Source: Phoronis australis (taxonomy: Eukaryota; Animalia; Phoronida). From it: 64,000 nt of DNA. Where the stretch lies: the NCBI GenBank assembly GCA_002633005.1, contig NMRA01000575.1, forward strand, positions 153,325 to 217,324. Reading direction: 5' to 3'. The position numbers and the translations under genes are program-made. Below, in pieces: positions 36,059 to 49,478 of the stretch. Every line of letters begins with the position of its first letter. Position 1 is the first letter of the stretch. The notes beneath the pieces are model-generated. The model was not told the DNA's origin. It saw only the letters and a program-made list of their open reading frames with translations, and ran no database searches.

Positions 36059-37821
36059 TATATTTATTATAACAAAGGAACAATGAAGACGCTAATCTGC
36101 CAATCTGTATGCGACCAGCTTGCGACCTGGTTTCGTGTGGGCAAAAGTCTGAAAAACCAACGTAGTCCTTGAAGAATTCGTGAATTACACTCGTTCATAG
36201 CGAATTCATTGCAGTGCAGTTGATCGCCATCGGGGTGCAATCCGATAATCGTTGCTGAAATCCGCATGCCTAGAAGTTGCGGATAACGCCCAGATTATAG
36301 TGCTCTGCTAACGGTGGATTTAATAGCAACTCAACTTCTTCATTTGAAAATGAGTGCATTGTACTCGTCTATCTATACGAGTGCACTGTTCCCGCCCATA
36401 CAAGTGCATTGCACTCGTTCATACTAGTACATAGCAATCGCATCCGCTCATGCAAGCAATGGATACAGAAGTCGCTAATCACGACCAGGTTATAATGCAA
36501 CGGCAATGGCGGATATCATAGCAACACACTTTTTGGGGAATATGTTCATTGCACTATTCATACAAGTGCACAGGAACCTAGCGTGCTTTTATAGAACTCA
36601 TTATTTGCACTCTTTCATACCAGTATATTGCAACTGACTTATGGTCTTGATTTTGAGTAATAGCTTAACTTGTCAAACTGAACGCAAAATTCTTGACACA
36701 CCTTTGTTTCCAAGCTGTCATGTTACCCGACAAACAGCACTTTGCCAGCTAAACTTGATTGCTTGTTTGTCGACTTCTCGGACGGGGCGGAGCTTACGAT
36801 AGCTCAATTGATACCGTAACAAGTTGTACATGTGATGACAGAATTCCTCTTAATAACTACATCACGTTATAATCTGCATACCAGCGCACGCTTAAAAGTC
36901 CCCGATGTTTGAAAAGCAATTTTCATTTAACAACGTTTTATATGCGCTAACTGCAAAACGGTACCGAAGCTAGTTTACAGTGAAACAACACCCGTAGGTG
37001 AGGTAAAAGATCATACAACAGATATCGATAAGCACAAAAGGTATATAAAATGTTGAGCTGTAAAGGAGGGTGACAATCTACCGGACAAACAGCACTACAA
37101 GAAGCAATAAAGGTAGGTACAAGTGTTGAACTAGGAAGATAAGTAACAAAACTGCAACACCTGTTCAGCGACATCAGAGAATTAAGTGTAAATGGGGAAG
37201 GAAAGAAACTTGGTTTGAGGGAAAGAGAAGTTGACTGAAAACTCGAAACTTGCAGAAAATTGTACACGATGGCCAGTGTTGCGACATGACAAAGATATCA
37301 CGTGGTACAATTAAACCAATAATCGTAGAGCAAGGAGAGTCACTGACCCGAGAATCAAAACAATATGATAATGAGGACGAAGCAGTACAGCTTACATAAA
37401 TTAACTTAATACTTAATCAGTATTTTGTGCGCTAACTGCGAAGCGATACCGAAGGTAGTTTACAGTGAAACAACACGTGTAGGTGAGATAAAAGGTCATA
37501 TATATTGTCGACAAACTAAGCTTCTACAGATTTCAATAAATACAAAGATATATAATATGTTGAGCTGTAAAGGTGGGTGGCAATCTGCCACAGGTGCAGC
37601 AGAAGGATCCATCCGCCCAAAAAGGGAGAGCGAGCGCGGCTGACAAAAGCAGCATGAGTAAAAGGGACTAAAATAAGTGAAAACAAAGTTATAGAGCGAC
37701 ACAACAAGATGTCGAAATCATAGTAACTGAATCCTTAAAGGAATATGAAGCTAACATGAATAGATAATAACCACGGTAACATACCCACCCTACAAAAGAC
37801 ATGCTGTCCACACAGGTATAT

Positions 37822-39339
37822 GTGACCCACCACGACAAAATGAGTCTTAAGTCGGAAACTCTATTTCCTGACAAGACTGCAAACAGTCGCTATCGGTTAA
37901 AATTAGGTCAAATTTTTTTATTGCAGAATATGATTATTTATTCATTCTACTTCACAAAACAATACTTTAAAACAACCAAACTTCATTTTAAACCTTATTT
38001 ATTTCATTTTGAAAAAGATCACCTTCTCCACGACTGCATATTCGTGTCCTCATTGCTCAGTCTTCCGATGACCCAATTCGCTCGTAAACACATCAACAGA
38101 AAGGTCAAACTCTGCTCATTATGCATGTAGTAAGCTCTTTTGAGTTTTTCGTACAATCATTAGTCGTTATTTCACTTCTTGCACTCGGGGTAATTTCAAC
38201 AGAAGTGTCACTCACCAGTCTTTTAGCTAGCAACGACCTTTTAACCCAATACATCGCTGACCTCATTCGCTAGAACTAGTTAAGTGGGTGTGAAACTGTG
38301 GGGTCGCGAGGTCACGGCATGTTTTCAACACACTAAGATGGCTGGTCGCCGTGTAGCTGATATCTCAGTGATTAACTCTTGCCTCTGACTGCCGTATCAA
38401 GATCAGCGAGAAGTAACTGAACTCATCAAAGAGCACATTTGTTGATGGAGATAAGGAGCGATTTCGTGACAACGACGAGTCGTCTGACGGCAGCAACTCG
38501 TCGCCAGAGGAGTTTCATGATCAACCTGCGATTACGGTTACGTTGGATTCCAAGTCGTTGGATTGGAACAAACAGAACTTGAAGAAAACAGTCCGGATTA
38601 GCTTAATAGCACAACAATGTCTTGTATCTGCAAAGCCAGTCGATCGGGGTGCAAGCAGCTGAATATTACTGCAAGACTGAACAATCTTCGATAGGGCTGA
38701 ATCACTTGGTGAGAAGTCGAGGAAATCTTTGCTCTTCAGTCAGTGTCAGTGGACTTGGATAGGGATGAGTGATTGTCATTTTTTGCAAAATTATTCACAC
38801 TAGCGTATAATTTTGAATTATTTTGAACAAAAATCAGCCAGGAACGTGTATTTTGTAATCTACAGGACATCATTTCATTAAACTTCTCCAAAATACAATT
38901 TAACTTCTTGTTTTACTTGCGGTAACCCCTCCTGCCACAAGTGGACTGACCCTGTATACATTAGCTGGGAAATTTATTGACCCAGTTGCAGCAACCCAAC
39001 ATGAATATCACCCCTTTTTGGCTGAGATTACATAATAAGGTCTATATTCTGTCTAATTTTTGATTCCTTTTATTTGTTTATGTTGTTGTGTATACTAATA
39101 AGTCTGAAATGTAGCATTCAACTGCAGGTTGCTAGGGAAATTTTAAAGACACTATCGGCACTTTTTGTCGGCCATTTTCTTTGACTTTTGAAAGCTCTAA
39201 ATTTTCGCTTTCCCCGACTAGAATTGGCAATAACTTGGTCATTTGTGAAATGATCAGAAATCACTGTATTTTCAGAAAAAAATAACAATTAAAAAATGAC
39301 AAATCCCGACTTAAGACTCGTTGTGTGGTGGTGGGCCAC
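37822..39339. mobile_element. Sola1-like non-autonomous DNA transposon inserted in the Ngaro 3' region
   Basis: ATAT target duplication (37818-21, 39340-43); about 35-bp TIR gtgacccaccacgacaaaatgagtcttaagtcgg vs gtggcccaccaccacacaacgagtcttaagtcgg; family call rests on the AWWT-type TSD. Confidence 0.7.
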
Positions 39340-40933
39340 ATATCTAGACAGAAATAGGCACCCATATAGACAAACATACATACAGATAAGCAACAGCAAA
39401 CGGATGCTCTGTCAAAAGTAAAGCTATATAACTTATGGTAAAAATAATGCCAAGTAGAGAACAACCCGTGATAGGGTATGAGGTAAACTAACAACAAGTA
39501 TAAAAAGGAACTGAAAGAGTGCCCGGAGGGAGAACCCCGAAAAGGATAGTGGGAAAGGCGCCACAATGAAAATGGAGAGTGAGTGAATCAGGACACTGGG
39601 AATACAGACGCCCTGGGGTGAAAAATGGGGGTAGGGAAAAAGGAAACTGGCAATAAATTTGCCCCTGTGATGAAAGGGGGTTGGTGAGTGAGACGGGTCA
39701 CAGGCAATACAGTTGCCTCGTTGTGGAAAACGGTGTAAGGAAGGTAAGCATTGACAATACAGCTGCCCCTGGGTGGTGAATGATGATGGTATTGAGGCAG
39801 GGGGAACAATATTAGCGGAGAAGTTTAAGAATGGGACACGAATGTAGTTCTTGAGCTTGTCAGACTTCCGGCGACCCATACGCTGAATGGTGGAGTCTGA
39901 ATTTGGAGGGTCGCAGCGGAGGTGGCTGCGCCAATACGGAAACTATGAGATTAATAGCGTTTAGGATCGAGACCGACGCAATCGAGTTCCAAGTTAATGT
40001 GACGAGTGAAGTAAGAGCGAGTGATGGGAGAACCATGGAAGAACTGGAAGAGAGGTACTAGCAGTGTTTGGAGAGATTGGGGTAGTGCTGAAGGGTTGCA
40101 ATAGGGCAATGGGGACCTGTGGAACGCGGAATAACGAGACAGGTAGGAATGTGATCACGGTGTTTGCAGTGGGAGATAGTGAGAGTCATGGACGGAGAGG
40201 TGACTGAGACGTCGGAGATCTGGAGGACAGAGATGGGGGGTGAGGCAGAAGTGGCGGCAGTAAACTCACTAACACGAAGGAAGGCGTGAATGGCGGTGGC
40301 AAACATCGCAGCGCAGAGGGATGCGTGGAAGTGAGAGTCGAGAGCAGAGGGTAAGGCATTGAGAAGGCGGTGTAGAATGGGTGTTGTTATCGAGAGTCGT
40401 TTGTCCATCGATGGCTGCGATTTGAACACGCTCTTCAGAATTTTCTTGACCAGAAAGGAGGAGGTAGGGTCAGGCAAGGAGTCCAGTTTATAAATGAAAC
40501 CTATGGCGGAGACATAGGTAGAGATGGTGGATGCAGTTAAGCCAGACGAGAAGAGATGTGCCATGTAAGAAGCTAAGGTCGATGTGGAGACGGGAAACAC
40601 AGGCAAGGAGGCATGCTGAGGATGAAAGGCAATGGAGGAGATGGGAAAGGACACGGTGGTAAGTTTGGGGCAAGGGACGCCCGGAGGAGCGAAGTCAGAA
40701 CCTAAGGAGGTACTGTGGAACTGCGGTCGATGTTGGAGAGAGTCATCGTGCCATGGAAAAGACATCCTGGAAAAGAAACCGAAACAATTTATCAGCAATA
40801 AAATTTGTTTTTCCAGGAATGTGTTTGGGTTTCAAATTGATATCATGGTGGAGGGTAGAGAGGAAGAGGCGTCGGACAAGGCGCATAATGTTAGGGTCCG
40901 TGGAGGAAGTTTTATTGATGCTATCCACCACGG

Positions 40934-43023
40934 AATGCGATTATGTTTTATGCCGGGCAGCTAAAAAATCTGGATTGCTTTTAGTGATTAATTCATTGTC
41001 GTGGAATTTTATTCAAAAACTTTATCTTTTCTTAATTTTGGTTGGTTTATCGGAAGGTGGGTGAAAGTCTTTTACAGTAACATTAAGTCCTGCGTTGTCG
41101 TAAATGGTCACCCATCTTCCTTGTTCAATATTTCTCGTGGTTGTAAACAAGGTGACCCTTTGTCTCCGTACATTTTCATATTGTGCGCGGAGATGTTGGC
41201 GTATTTAATTAATAAAAACAATGCTGGTGTAGTTGCAGGAAATAAAGAATATTTGATTTCACAATACATGTATGCGGACGACACATCAATTACGTTGGAT
41301 GGGTCGAATTTGTCATTGACTAGCATACTGAATGTACTACATTTGTTTGCTAGTGTCTCCAGTCTTCAAGTGAATGTGGATAAATCAAAAGCCATATGGT
41401 TTGGAAGTAAAACTGGTAGTGATGACGTGATTCCTACAAAAGAAGACTCTGTCTTGGACAGACTTTCTTCTCTAACTTTAGATTTTTTGGGGTTGGATTG
41501 TGACACTCAGTTGGATAGTCTGACGTATCAGAACTTCACTGCAAGAACAACTGAGATTGAGCTTTTATTAAAAAATTGAAGTAAACGAAATTTTTCGCTG
41601 TTCTGTAGAGTAACAGTAATTAAAACATTAGCTATTTCTAAACTTAATTTTTTGTTATCAAGTTTTCCAAATCCCCCAGTAAAAGTCTTGGATGTATTGA
41701 ATACGACTTTTTTAGATTTGTATGGCAGGCTCGTAATGATAAAATTAAACAAACCACGTCCTGTTTAGGACTTGATCAAGGGGGACTTCATATGATTTAT
41801 ATAAATACATTCAGCAAAGCTTTAAACCTCGCCATGGCCTGTAGATTTCTTGAAAGCCCTGCGTCTAAAAGTAGTGAATAACTGTACGCACTCCACCCGT
41901 TCTTAAAGAATTTTACTGGGGCTAAGTTTTTGGAAGTATGACATCTTTCTGCAAGAAAATAATTGTTGCAAGTAAGAATGAATTTTTGAATCAATCTTTG
42001 TGGATTAATAGTAACTTGGCAATCGGAGGCACAAGTGTTTTTTTTTGCCTTGGTTTGTAAAATGCTTTAGATTTATTAGAGATATGTATACCTCTGATGG
42101 TGATTTCGTTAATTTGAACATATGAAAAATAAGTTCGATGCAAAAACCAACTTTGAAGAATACAATGGTGTTGTTTCCGTTCCAAGAAGGTTTCAAAAAG
42201 AGTATTTCGAAGTAAATTTAAAAGTGGCAATTTCTACTCTCCTCGCATGCCTTTAGCAATCACTCACTTCCGGAACGATTTGAAGGGTTGTAGACATATT
42301 TGTTTTGTCTTTAATGAAATGACGTTAAGAAACCTTCTAAGTCAGAGTGTAAATGGGAAATAGAGATAGGAGATAATTTAGATTGGAAGAAAATATACGC
42401 ACTGCCTTATGAAATTACAGAGGATCCAAACATAAGATGGTTCCAATTTAGAATACTACTCAGGATTATGGCAACAAATACCTTTTTAGTCAAAATCCGT
42501 GTTCGGGATTCTAATTTATATTCCTTTTGTAATAAAGCTCCGGAGACGCTGTCACAACTTTTCTGTGAATGTCACCTTGTACAAGATTTCTGGAAGGAAT
42601 TCGGAAAGCAGATGCGAAAGTGTCGCATTCAGCTTCCCAACAGTCTCTCTTACTATCGAGTTATTATTGGACTTTACGAGACGCATGATTTTCTTTTTAA
42701 CATTTTGCTTCTAATAGCCAAACAGTACATTTACAAGGAGAAATGTCACAAAAATATACCTAATTTTCAAAGGTTTTTTATACTTATGAGTACTATAATG
42801 CTGAAACATTAATTGCATGTGAAAACTTTGTATAAGACAAGCGTCTCTGCGAAATGGGAAAATGTCATTGTTCACGTTAACTCCATGTAAAAGTTTTTAC
42901 TTGATACGATATACGAGAATGGTCTCTCCCGAGGTGTGCATGCGTGAATGAATGGATGTACGTATTTGTTTGTTTGTTTGTGTACTGTTTTATAAATGAT
43001 AATAAATTCTTAAAAAAAGAAAG
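40934..43023 (+). mobile_element. 5'-truncated L1/Tx1-clade LINE (RT plus CCHC/zf-RVT), degraded
   Basis: RGCKQGDPLSPYIFILCAEML, YADDT, QGGL, WFQFRILHRIMATN...FC...ETL..LF.EC; ends aataaa plus A-rich tail. Confidence 0.9.
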
Positions 43024-43612
43024 TCCAAAGGGGAGACAACGGTCGAAATAATATTGATCGGCCCAAACAAACCCAAGAAAACGATACTCAGAATGGTGTA
43101 TGGGAACAAGACGGAAGGCTTCCTGCATGTCAGTTTTAGCGATGAGAGAATTGTGGCCGGTGCGGGTACCAGAAACATGGCGTTTTCAATGGTTTGATAG
43201 TGAACCTGGGAAGAAGGAGGAAGGAAAATGTGAATTAACGGAATAGGAATCCCGCTATGAGAATGAAAGGTTATGGATAAGGCGAAATTTACCTAGCCCT
43301 AGAGGGGAAGTGATAAAATTGTCGAATGGACGGCACTGTTGGGGTCCGGAGTAGCGACCACAGGCAAGCTCGTGCTGCATTTTGTGTTCTGTCACAGTAC
43401 AGTTGAGGACCGCTGAAGTGTGGTTATGAGGAGTAGGGGAGGAAAACATAGAGGGAACACCGATGCAAAAAAGGTAAATGAAACCGTGAGTGATGCGAAC
43501 GGTCAGGGTGGATGGGTAAGCAATGAGATATTGTTCAAGTTTGTTTATTTTTAGGGGCGTTGGAAGGTCAGGTGGCGGTGGAGGTGTTTTTTTTTTTTTT
43601 TTTTTTTTTATT

Positions 43613-43977
43613 NNNNNNNNNNNNNNNNNNNNNNNNNNNNNNNNNNNNNNNNNNNNNNNNNNNNNNNNNNNNNNNNNNNNNNNNNNNNNNNNNNNNNNNN
43701 NNNNNNNNNNNNNNNNNNNNNNNNNNNNNNNNNNNNNNNNNNNNNNNNNNNNNNNNNNNNNNNNNNNNNNNNNNNNNNNNNNNNNNNNNNNNNNNNNNNN
43801 NNNNNNNNNNNNNNNNNNNNNNNNNNNNNNNNNNNNNNNNNNNNNNNNNNNNNNNNNNNNNNNNNNNNNNNNNNNNNNNNNNNNNNNNNNNNNNNNNNNN
43901 NNNNNNNNNNNNNNNNNNNNNNNNNNNNNNNNNNNNNNNNNNNNNNNNNNNNNNNNNNNNNNNNNNNNNNNNNNNNN
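43613..43977. other. Assembly gap (N run)
   Basis: Run of n. Confidence 0.99.
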
Positions 43978-44625
43978 TTTAAAATTCATTCTCCATTCTT
44001 GTGACCAATAGCTTAGTTTATTTAAGTCGTGTTGAAGCTGCAAAGAACATTCAGGGCTGCTCCCTGCGAAGGGGTAAAAAAGCGCCGTGTCATCTGCATA
44101 AAGGTATGTGCTACATGACAGGTTATCAGGAAGGTCATTAATATAAACCAAGAAGAGAAGAGGGCCCAATACGCTACCCTGCGGTACACCTGCGTTTACA
44201 AATCCAGGATGGGATAAAATTGAAAGTACGCCATCGACACGAACACTGTATGTTCTTTCGGAGAGATATGAGGTGATCATGTTTAAAAGATTACCAGTAA
44301 TGCCATAGGATCGAAGTTTGTGAAGTAGAAGGTCGTGAGGGACACAGTCGAAAGCAGAAGCTATATCTAGAAAAATGGACCTGACACTCTCTCCCTTCTC
44401 AAAATGTAAATGAATCTCATGTACTATTTCAACAAGTTGTGCCACGGTGCTGTTCCCACGCAAAAAACCAAATTGACGATGATAGATCAAGTTGTTTTGT
44501 TTGAGAAATGTAAGAATACTTTGAGCAATGATCTTCTCAAAGATTTTGGACAGGGTGTTAAGTAATGTTATTGGGCGATAATTTGAAATTTCAGTTTTGG
44601 AGCCTTTTTTGTGTATGGGGACCAT
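43978..44625 (-). mobile_element. CR1/L2-group LINE RT fragment inserted in the Ngaro element
   Basis: VPIHKKG...NYRPITLL...QFGF...FLDIASAFD...GVPQGSVLGPLLFLVYINDL...YADD; near-identical to 54890-55495. Confidence 0.9.
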
Positions 44626-45410
44626 AATTCCATGGAGGTGGTTCGTGTTGTGGATTGAGGATGGGAGGGGATAGGGCACGCAGAGGCGGGGTGGAAGCCG
44701 TTGCAATTGGTACAGCGGTGGAGATAGCGACAGTGCTGTTGAGGGTAAAATGTGGATTTGAACCGCCGACAGCAACCGACGGGTTGGGAAGCGGATGAAC
44801 GTGGGTGGAGAAATAGAGAATGAAAGGACTGAGTGCGTGGGAAGTTAGTGCGGCAGGAATTCGGGTAATTTGAGGGAGATGAAATTTTGTGAGATTGGAG
44901 GATAACCTGATTCCAGAGTTCCATATTGGTGGTTTCCTAAGGAGAGAAATTGACGACACTGTTGATCATAGAACATGGCGGGGGCTAAACCAAAATGATG
45001 ATTGATAGAGAGTCTGGTGTAACAAAACGAGATGACGGGTGGTGTAGATGACTGAATAAATGAGGAAGGCTTGGTTCCTCTGGAACATGTTGTTGATGGA
45101 GCTAGATTTGAGGGTTGGCGAAAAAACTGGTTGATGGTTAACATTAGAGAGCTGAAGCTGTGGAGATGAAACCGGGATAAAAAGGTGACTAAAGTCGACA
45201 TGTTGGACTGTCCATATGTGATTTTTGGTTTTGGTGTCATAGTTGAAGGCCAGAGTCAGAAAGTATGTACATGTAGGCCTCCGAAGGCGTCAAGGTTACC
45301 TGCGATGGGTGGCATACATGTATGTTGTTCCAGTGATGGGGGTTTGTCCTTAGCCGATGAAGATGTAGTCGGTGAGGTAGAGNCCCCAAGTCCGCCTATG
45401 TCTAGTAAAC

Positions 45411-48283
45411 CATAGACTATAGTTCATGGACTGCCAACTCCGTATACTTTCGATGGACGAAATCTGTGACCTTACGTACAAGCCCTTACGTCATTATTCA
45501 CTGGCGACGCCTGGCTAAATTATCTGGTGCTATTTCCGGCAAGTACGTCGACTGCTAATCATGGTCGGCTACTGTGTGGCCGGTTGTTCGGTCACACACG
45601 CGAAATGCAAAGGAATTAGTTTCCATACCATCTGCCGACCCCATAATCGGCTGTGGGAAGAAAACCTTAATTCTTATGTCAAGATGAATGGCAGTTGTTT
45701 CAGCAATAAGACTTTACACATTTGTTCGAGGCACTTCGAAGATGAATGTTTTTAAGAGACTCTACTATTTAATCCTGTCTTCATAAATCCATTTTTGTTT
45801 TCTCCGTTTTGATGAAAACTATCTGGTAAACTTTTTGACGAAAATTATCCGCTAATTTCTTCCAAAGGTAGTGACTCGTAAACTCCTGTCCTTACGAGGA
45901 AGTTCAACCATAGCCTAGTGTGGGAATTAACCAAATTACTTTTCGCTGGCCCTGATCAGACGATTGGTCTCAGCAGGATTTGGATCAGCGATTTCAACAC
46001 ATTAGCATTAGTGTACAAATAAATAGAACGCTGGTAAAACCTTTAACATAAATAAAGATTACATTAATACTTCATAAATAGCCACCCGGACCAGTCAAAA
46101 TCTATCTCGCAATTCAACAGCAGGTTACACACTCATTTCATGTCGAATATATGCCGCACAAAATCTCTCGACTGCCGTCTATGAAAATGCAACCAACTTC
46201 TTTTAAAACAAGGAACAGGAACACCAGCGGGGTGTAAAGGTTGTTTGTATTCTTCAATGTTAATTTTTTTTGTAAGCGGGCATATGTTTTTTTAAATTTC
46301 CGCCTTAGTCCTAAAAATTCTAAACTTAAGCCTTTCAAACGAACGTTTATGACGAAAACTAAATTATTCAAACAGTTTTGTAAAGTCCTATGCCACCTGT
46401 AGGGTACATAATGAGCCAATCCCACTCCTAATGTAACAAAAGGGTCCCGTGGATAAAGGATACTAAGTATTGCCCTTCTGAAATATTACCGTATGCGCCC
46501 TAATAAGCGGCCAGGGTGCTTAGAAAAATCCGCTTCATGAAGGGGGCGCTTATCATAGCCCAAAAGTGGTTGAAACCCGGTCTCCGAAACAGGTGAAATC
46601 GTAAGGTAGAATTCATCAAAGTTACGCTCTGTGACGCATCTGTAACCTACATGTATGAACAGAGTTTCTACAAAACTGCAGTGCATTGCTATCAAACTTT
46701 GTTGTCAACTTACGAGCATTTTTCAGAAAATACCACTCCCAAAAATTGCCGTGAATCAGGTTTCAAGCTCTTCAGCTTGGTTTAACTATATATTAATAAA
46801 CCATAAAAGTGGTTCCAAGTGAGCAGTGGAATGCCTGCGCACGTCTAATAAATGTATCATGGAGCTCCTGATTTAAACAAAGGTCTGTTTTTTTAATTTT
46901 GGTCCGGTATAAATAACGCCACAGACCTTGAAATCCAGCGAAACACTTCTACCTTACAAATCTGACAATCCCTAATCTCAGAAAATTTGAGCACCCGGCA
47001 AAAGATTCTAATGATGAAATTCTGGTGATGATAATCACCCACTTTGTTTATTTACTTCACCTCAATTTGAGGTACGTGGTAAAATGAAGCCCATTCGAGT
47101 AAGCTTCAAGTGGGTCCCAATGCCAACCCAATATATGATAGAACCCAACAAGCTCAAGTTGCAGTCAAATCAGGAGGGGCGTAAATAAGGAAATTCACTG
47201 TATCAAAAGATTGGCCAAATAATAATAAGATACAGAGTGTTGTTACAGTGCACACGTGCACGATACTTGGTCTATTATTTTCCCGCCGTAAATGCATGAA
47301 CCAATCAGATCACCAATGGCGCAAAGTTTTCGAAAACAGCTCGATTTTTAGGGAGTCCTGTTTTACTGTTCTATTTATTTTCAAAATTTAATTATGTTAC
47401 ATTTAGTTTATTTTCTGTTCAACTCAATGAAGCCACCTAATATGAATGCATTCAACACAATTAATGCATTGTAAAAACCAAAAGTTATGCTCTATCAACG
47501 TTAGACAAAATCAGTACACCCCTTTCTTAAATATGGGTTAAAAGTTAGAAACAAAGGACTCCATGTGCATCACTTGTAACGTCGATTTTCGACATTGATG
47601 TTGGGGAGGAACATCAGTCTTGCGACAGCAAAACGTAATCACACGAAGGCGATGATTTTCAAAATTTGATTCGTTTTCGCAGTATGTCTTTTTCCCTAAG
47701 GTTCTGGGCATCTCCTCTGTTTTCATCCAACCTTCCCAGATGAAAACTTGAATGAAGAGGACCTTCAGTACTTGAGTGAGCATGGTATACAGTGTTATTT
47801 ATGTTGAATTATTCAACGGCTATTTTAAGAACCATTTCACCCTATAGCTACAACCAACGGCCCTTTTAAGGGCCAATCAACACTTCCCAGAAGAACTGCT
47901 CACTTGAGAATGTTGATTTATAAACATCCTTTCGTAGTTTTCTCAGTAGGCCTATGTGAACTATGAATCAAAAACTGTCCGATAACTATGCTGCTATTGG
48001 GCAAGCAGACGACATAATCAGTGGGCACCACAGTTTGAATTTTGTAATTAATTACCAGTAGCATTGCCAAAAGTACTCACAATACCAACACTTCTACTAT
48101 TGAAAGTCTTTGAAAAACGTTTCAATGCCGAAATTAATATTTTTTTCGTTGTTTTGGACAGTAAAGTAGATGCAAGTATTTCTCGTCAAAATACACTGAC
48201 CGGAAACTGCAGCAGATAGGTCAGGAGAGTTCAACTCAGCACGTAAGGATATGCCGGAGTTCAGTGCGAATATGTTGTCTATG
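45411..48283 (+). mobile_element. P-superfamily-like non-autonomous element with THAP remnant
   Basis: CATAGAC...GTCTATG termini, 7-bp TSD AGTAAAC (45404-10, 48284-90); THAP MVGYCVAGC...ISFH...W...HICSRHFEDECF at 45561-45755. Confidence 0.8.
47859..47896 (+). promoter_or_regulatory. Histone-type 3' stem-loop plus purine-rich downstream element (orphan)
   Basis: ccaac GGCCCT TTTA AGGGCC aatca ... cagaagaac matches the 6-bp stem, 4-nt loop SLBP site. Confidence 0.7.
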
Positions 48284-49478
48284 AGTAAACTTAGGGAAAG
48301 AGTACGTTAACTTGAAAGCACACAGTTTCACAGTTTTATTATTTGTTTTCTGCTGTATACTCGTTTACATTATACTACATGGAATATTGAGATACTTTTT
48401 AATAAATAATATAACGGTTTAATTGTATTTCAAACTGTATTTACTGAAATTACGTGTTCGTGGGTTCCTCACACTCTCCCAAAAAACTTGAATCTCCTAT
48501 ACACTGAAGACTAGATTATATAATTACACTCTGCGGGGAATAACATTTGTAATGTCTTTTGTTTGATTTGGTTGCGTATTTTTTCTGCTTTTGGCTTTCA
48601 AACTTGCCAAATCGACTTTTTATTGCAAAAAAACAGAGAAAAGCCAGCCGAGCTCACGGCCAGACTCGATGGTCCTGTTAGTTAGCGCTGGTTATATGTT
48701 CAGATCGAATCGAGCTTGTCTAAACTGGGTCGAGGGTGTTGTGTGGCGTGGGTCGAGGAGGTAGTTGGTCGAAGAGGTCGTCCGTGGGGTGCGGGTCTAG
48801 GGGTTTTTAGAACAATCCGATTTAGCATGGAGCGTGAATCTGGCACAGCTCTCAGCTTGATACTGGGCAACAAAATGATGTAACTCACACGCTTGCGGAT
48901 AAATAAAAGGAAAATTAAAAAGTCTCTTAATACATTAGTTCATATTAGCTCCGCTGTTTTTACCTTTTCTTGTGAAGATGGCTGCCATCCTCGGTTTCAG
49001 GTTTGCTGCAGAAAATGCACTCAGAAGGGAAGATGACCACGATGGTGCATGATGTTGATAGTTTACAGTGTATGCAGCGAATGGTGCAATTGGGAGCTTG
49101 GTGCCTCTGGGTCTTCATTGTCCCCCAAGCGGTGAAGTTTGGCAGTAAAATGTTAATAGATTTTTCTCTGACAGCAACTCATTTTCTTCCAATTCAATTG
49201 GAAGAACAGAAGGAATCTGATCACACACGAGCTGAGTATAGTGTGAATAATCATATGTCTGTTGGAGACGTTTGTCCCAAATTTCATGAAGCTGCTGCAG
49301 TTTTACGCTTGCTGTTCCTATGACATTACTTAAGATTGTAAAATGAACATGTTCATTTATAGAGTCTAAATGGAGAATGGATATGGGTAGATAGTGTTCT
49401 TTGATGTAAGTAGATAAGCTTAGACCTCATTCTTTCTTATAGGGATGATTTTTATATTTGCGTTGATAGCTGCCTTAA

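Larger units (their letters stand above)
36940..45382 (-). mobile_element. Ngaro/DIRS tyrosine-recombinase retrotransposon, fragmented by nested insertions
   Basis: gag zinc knuckle (CRYLHRCTNCNGFHPASAC, ~44680-44730); RT 43025-43590 (SPLG..KFRLIHNLS, AFRLVPIH..YYFDRCLPFGL); RNase H 40760-40933 (HIPGKTNFIADKL); YR 39840-40600 (AFLRVSEFT, SHSFRIGAATSAA, GRRKSD...YIR); terminal direct repeats 36940-37085 and 37424-37590. Confidence 0.9.

Noticed and set aside
40058-40798. Phage or bacterial integrase suggesting HGT or contamination
   Set aside because: It is the YR of a DIRS/Ngaro retroelement, collinear with RNase H, RT and gag
43255-44775. 506-aa ORF looking like a zinc-knuckle / LINE RT / DIRS RT fusion
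   Set aside because: Artefact of nested insertions read through an N gap; three unrelated pieces happen to be in frame
47538-47783. Histone H4-like QVLKV peptide near the stem-loop
   Set aside because: Only a few residues match, and it lies on the opposite strand to the stem-loop
49003-49323. 106-aa ORF as a host gene
   Set aside because: No domain motif or convincing splice chain
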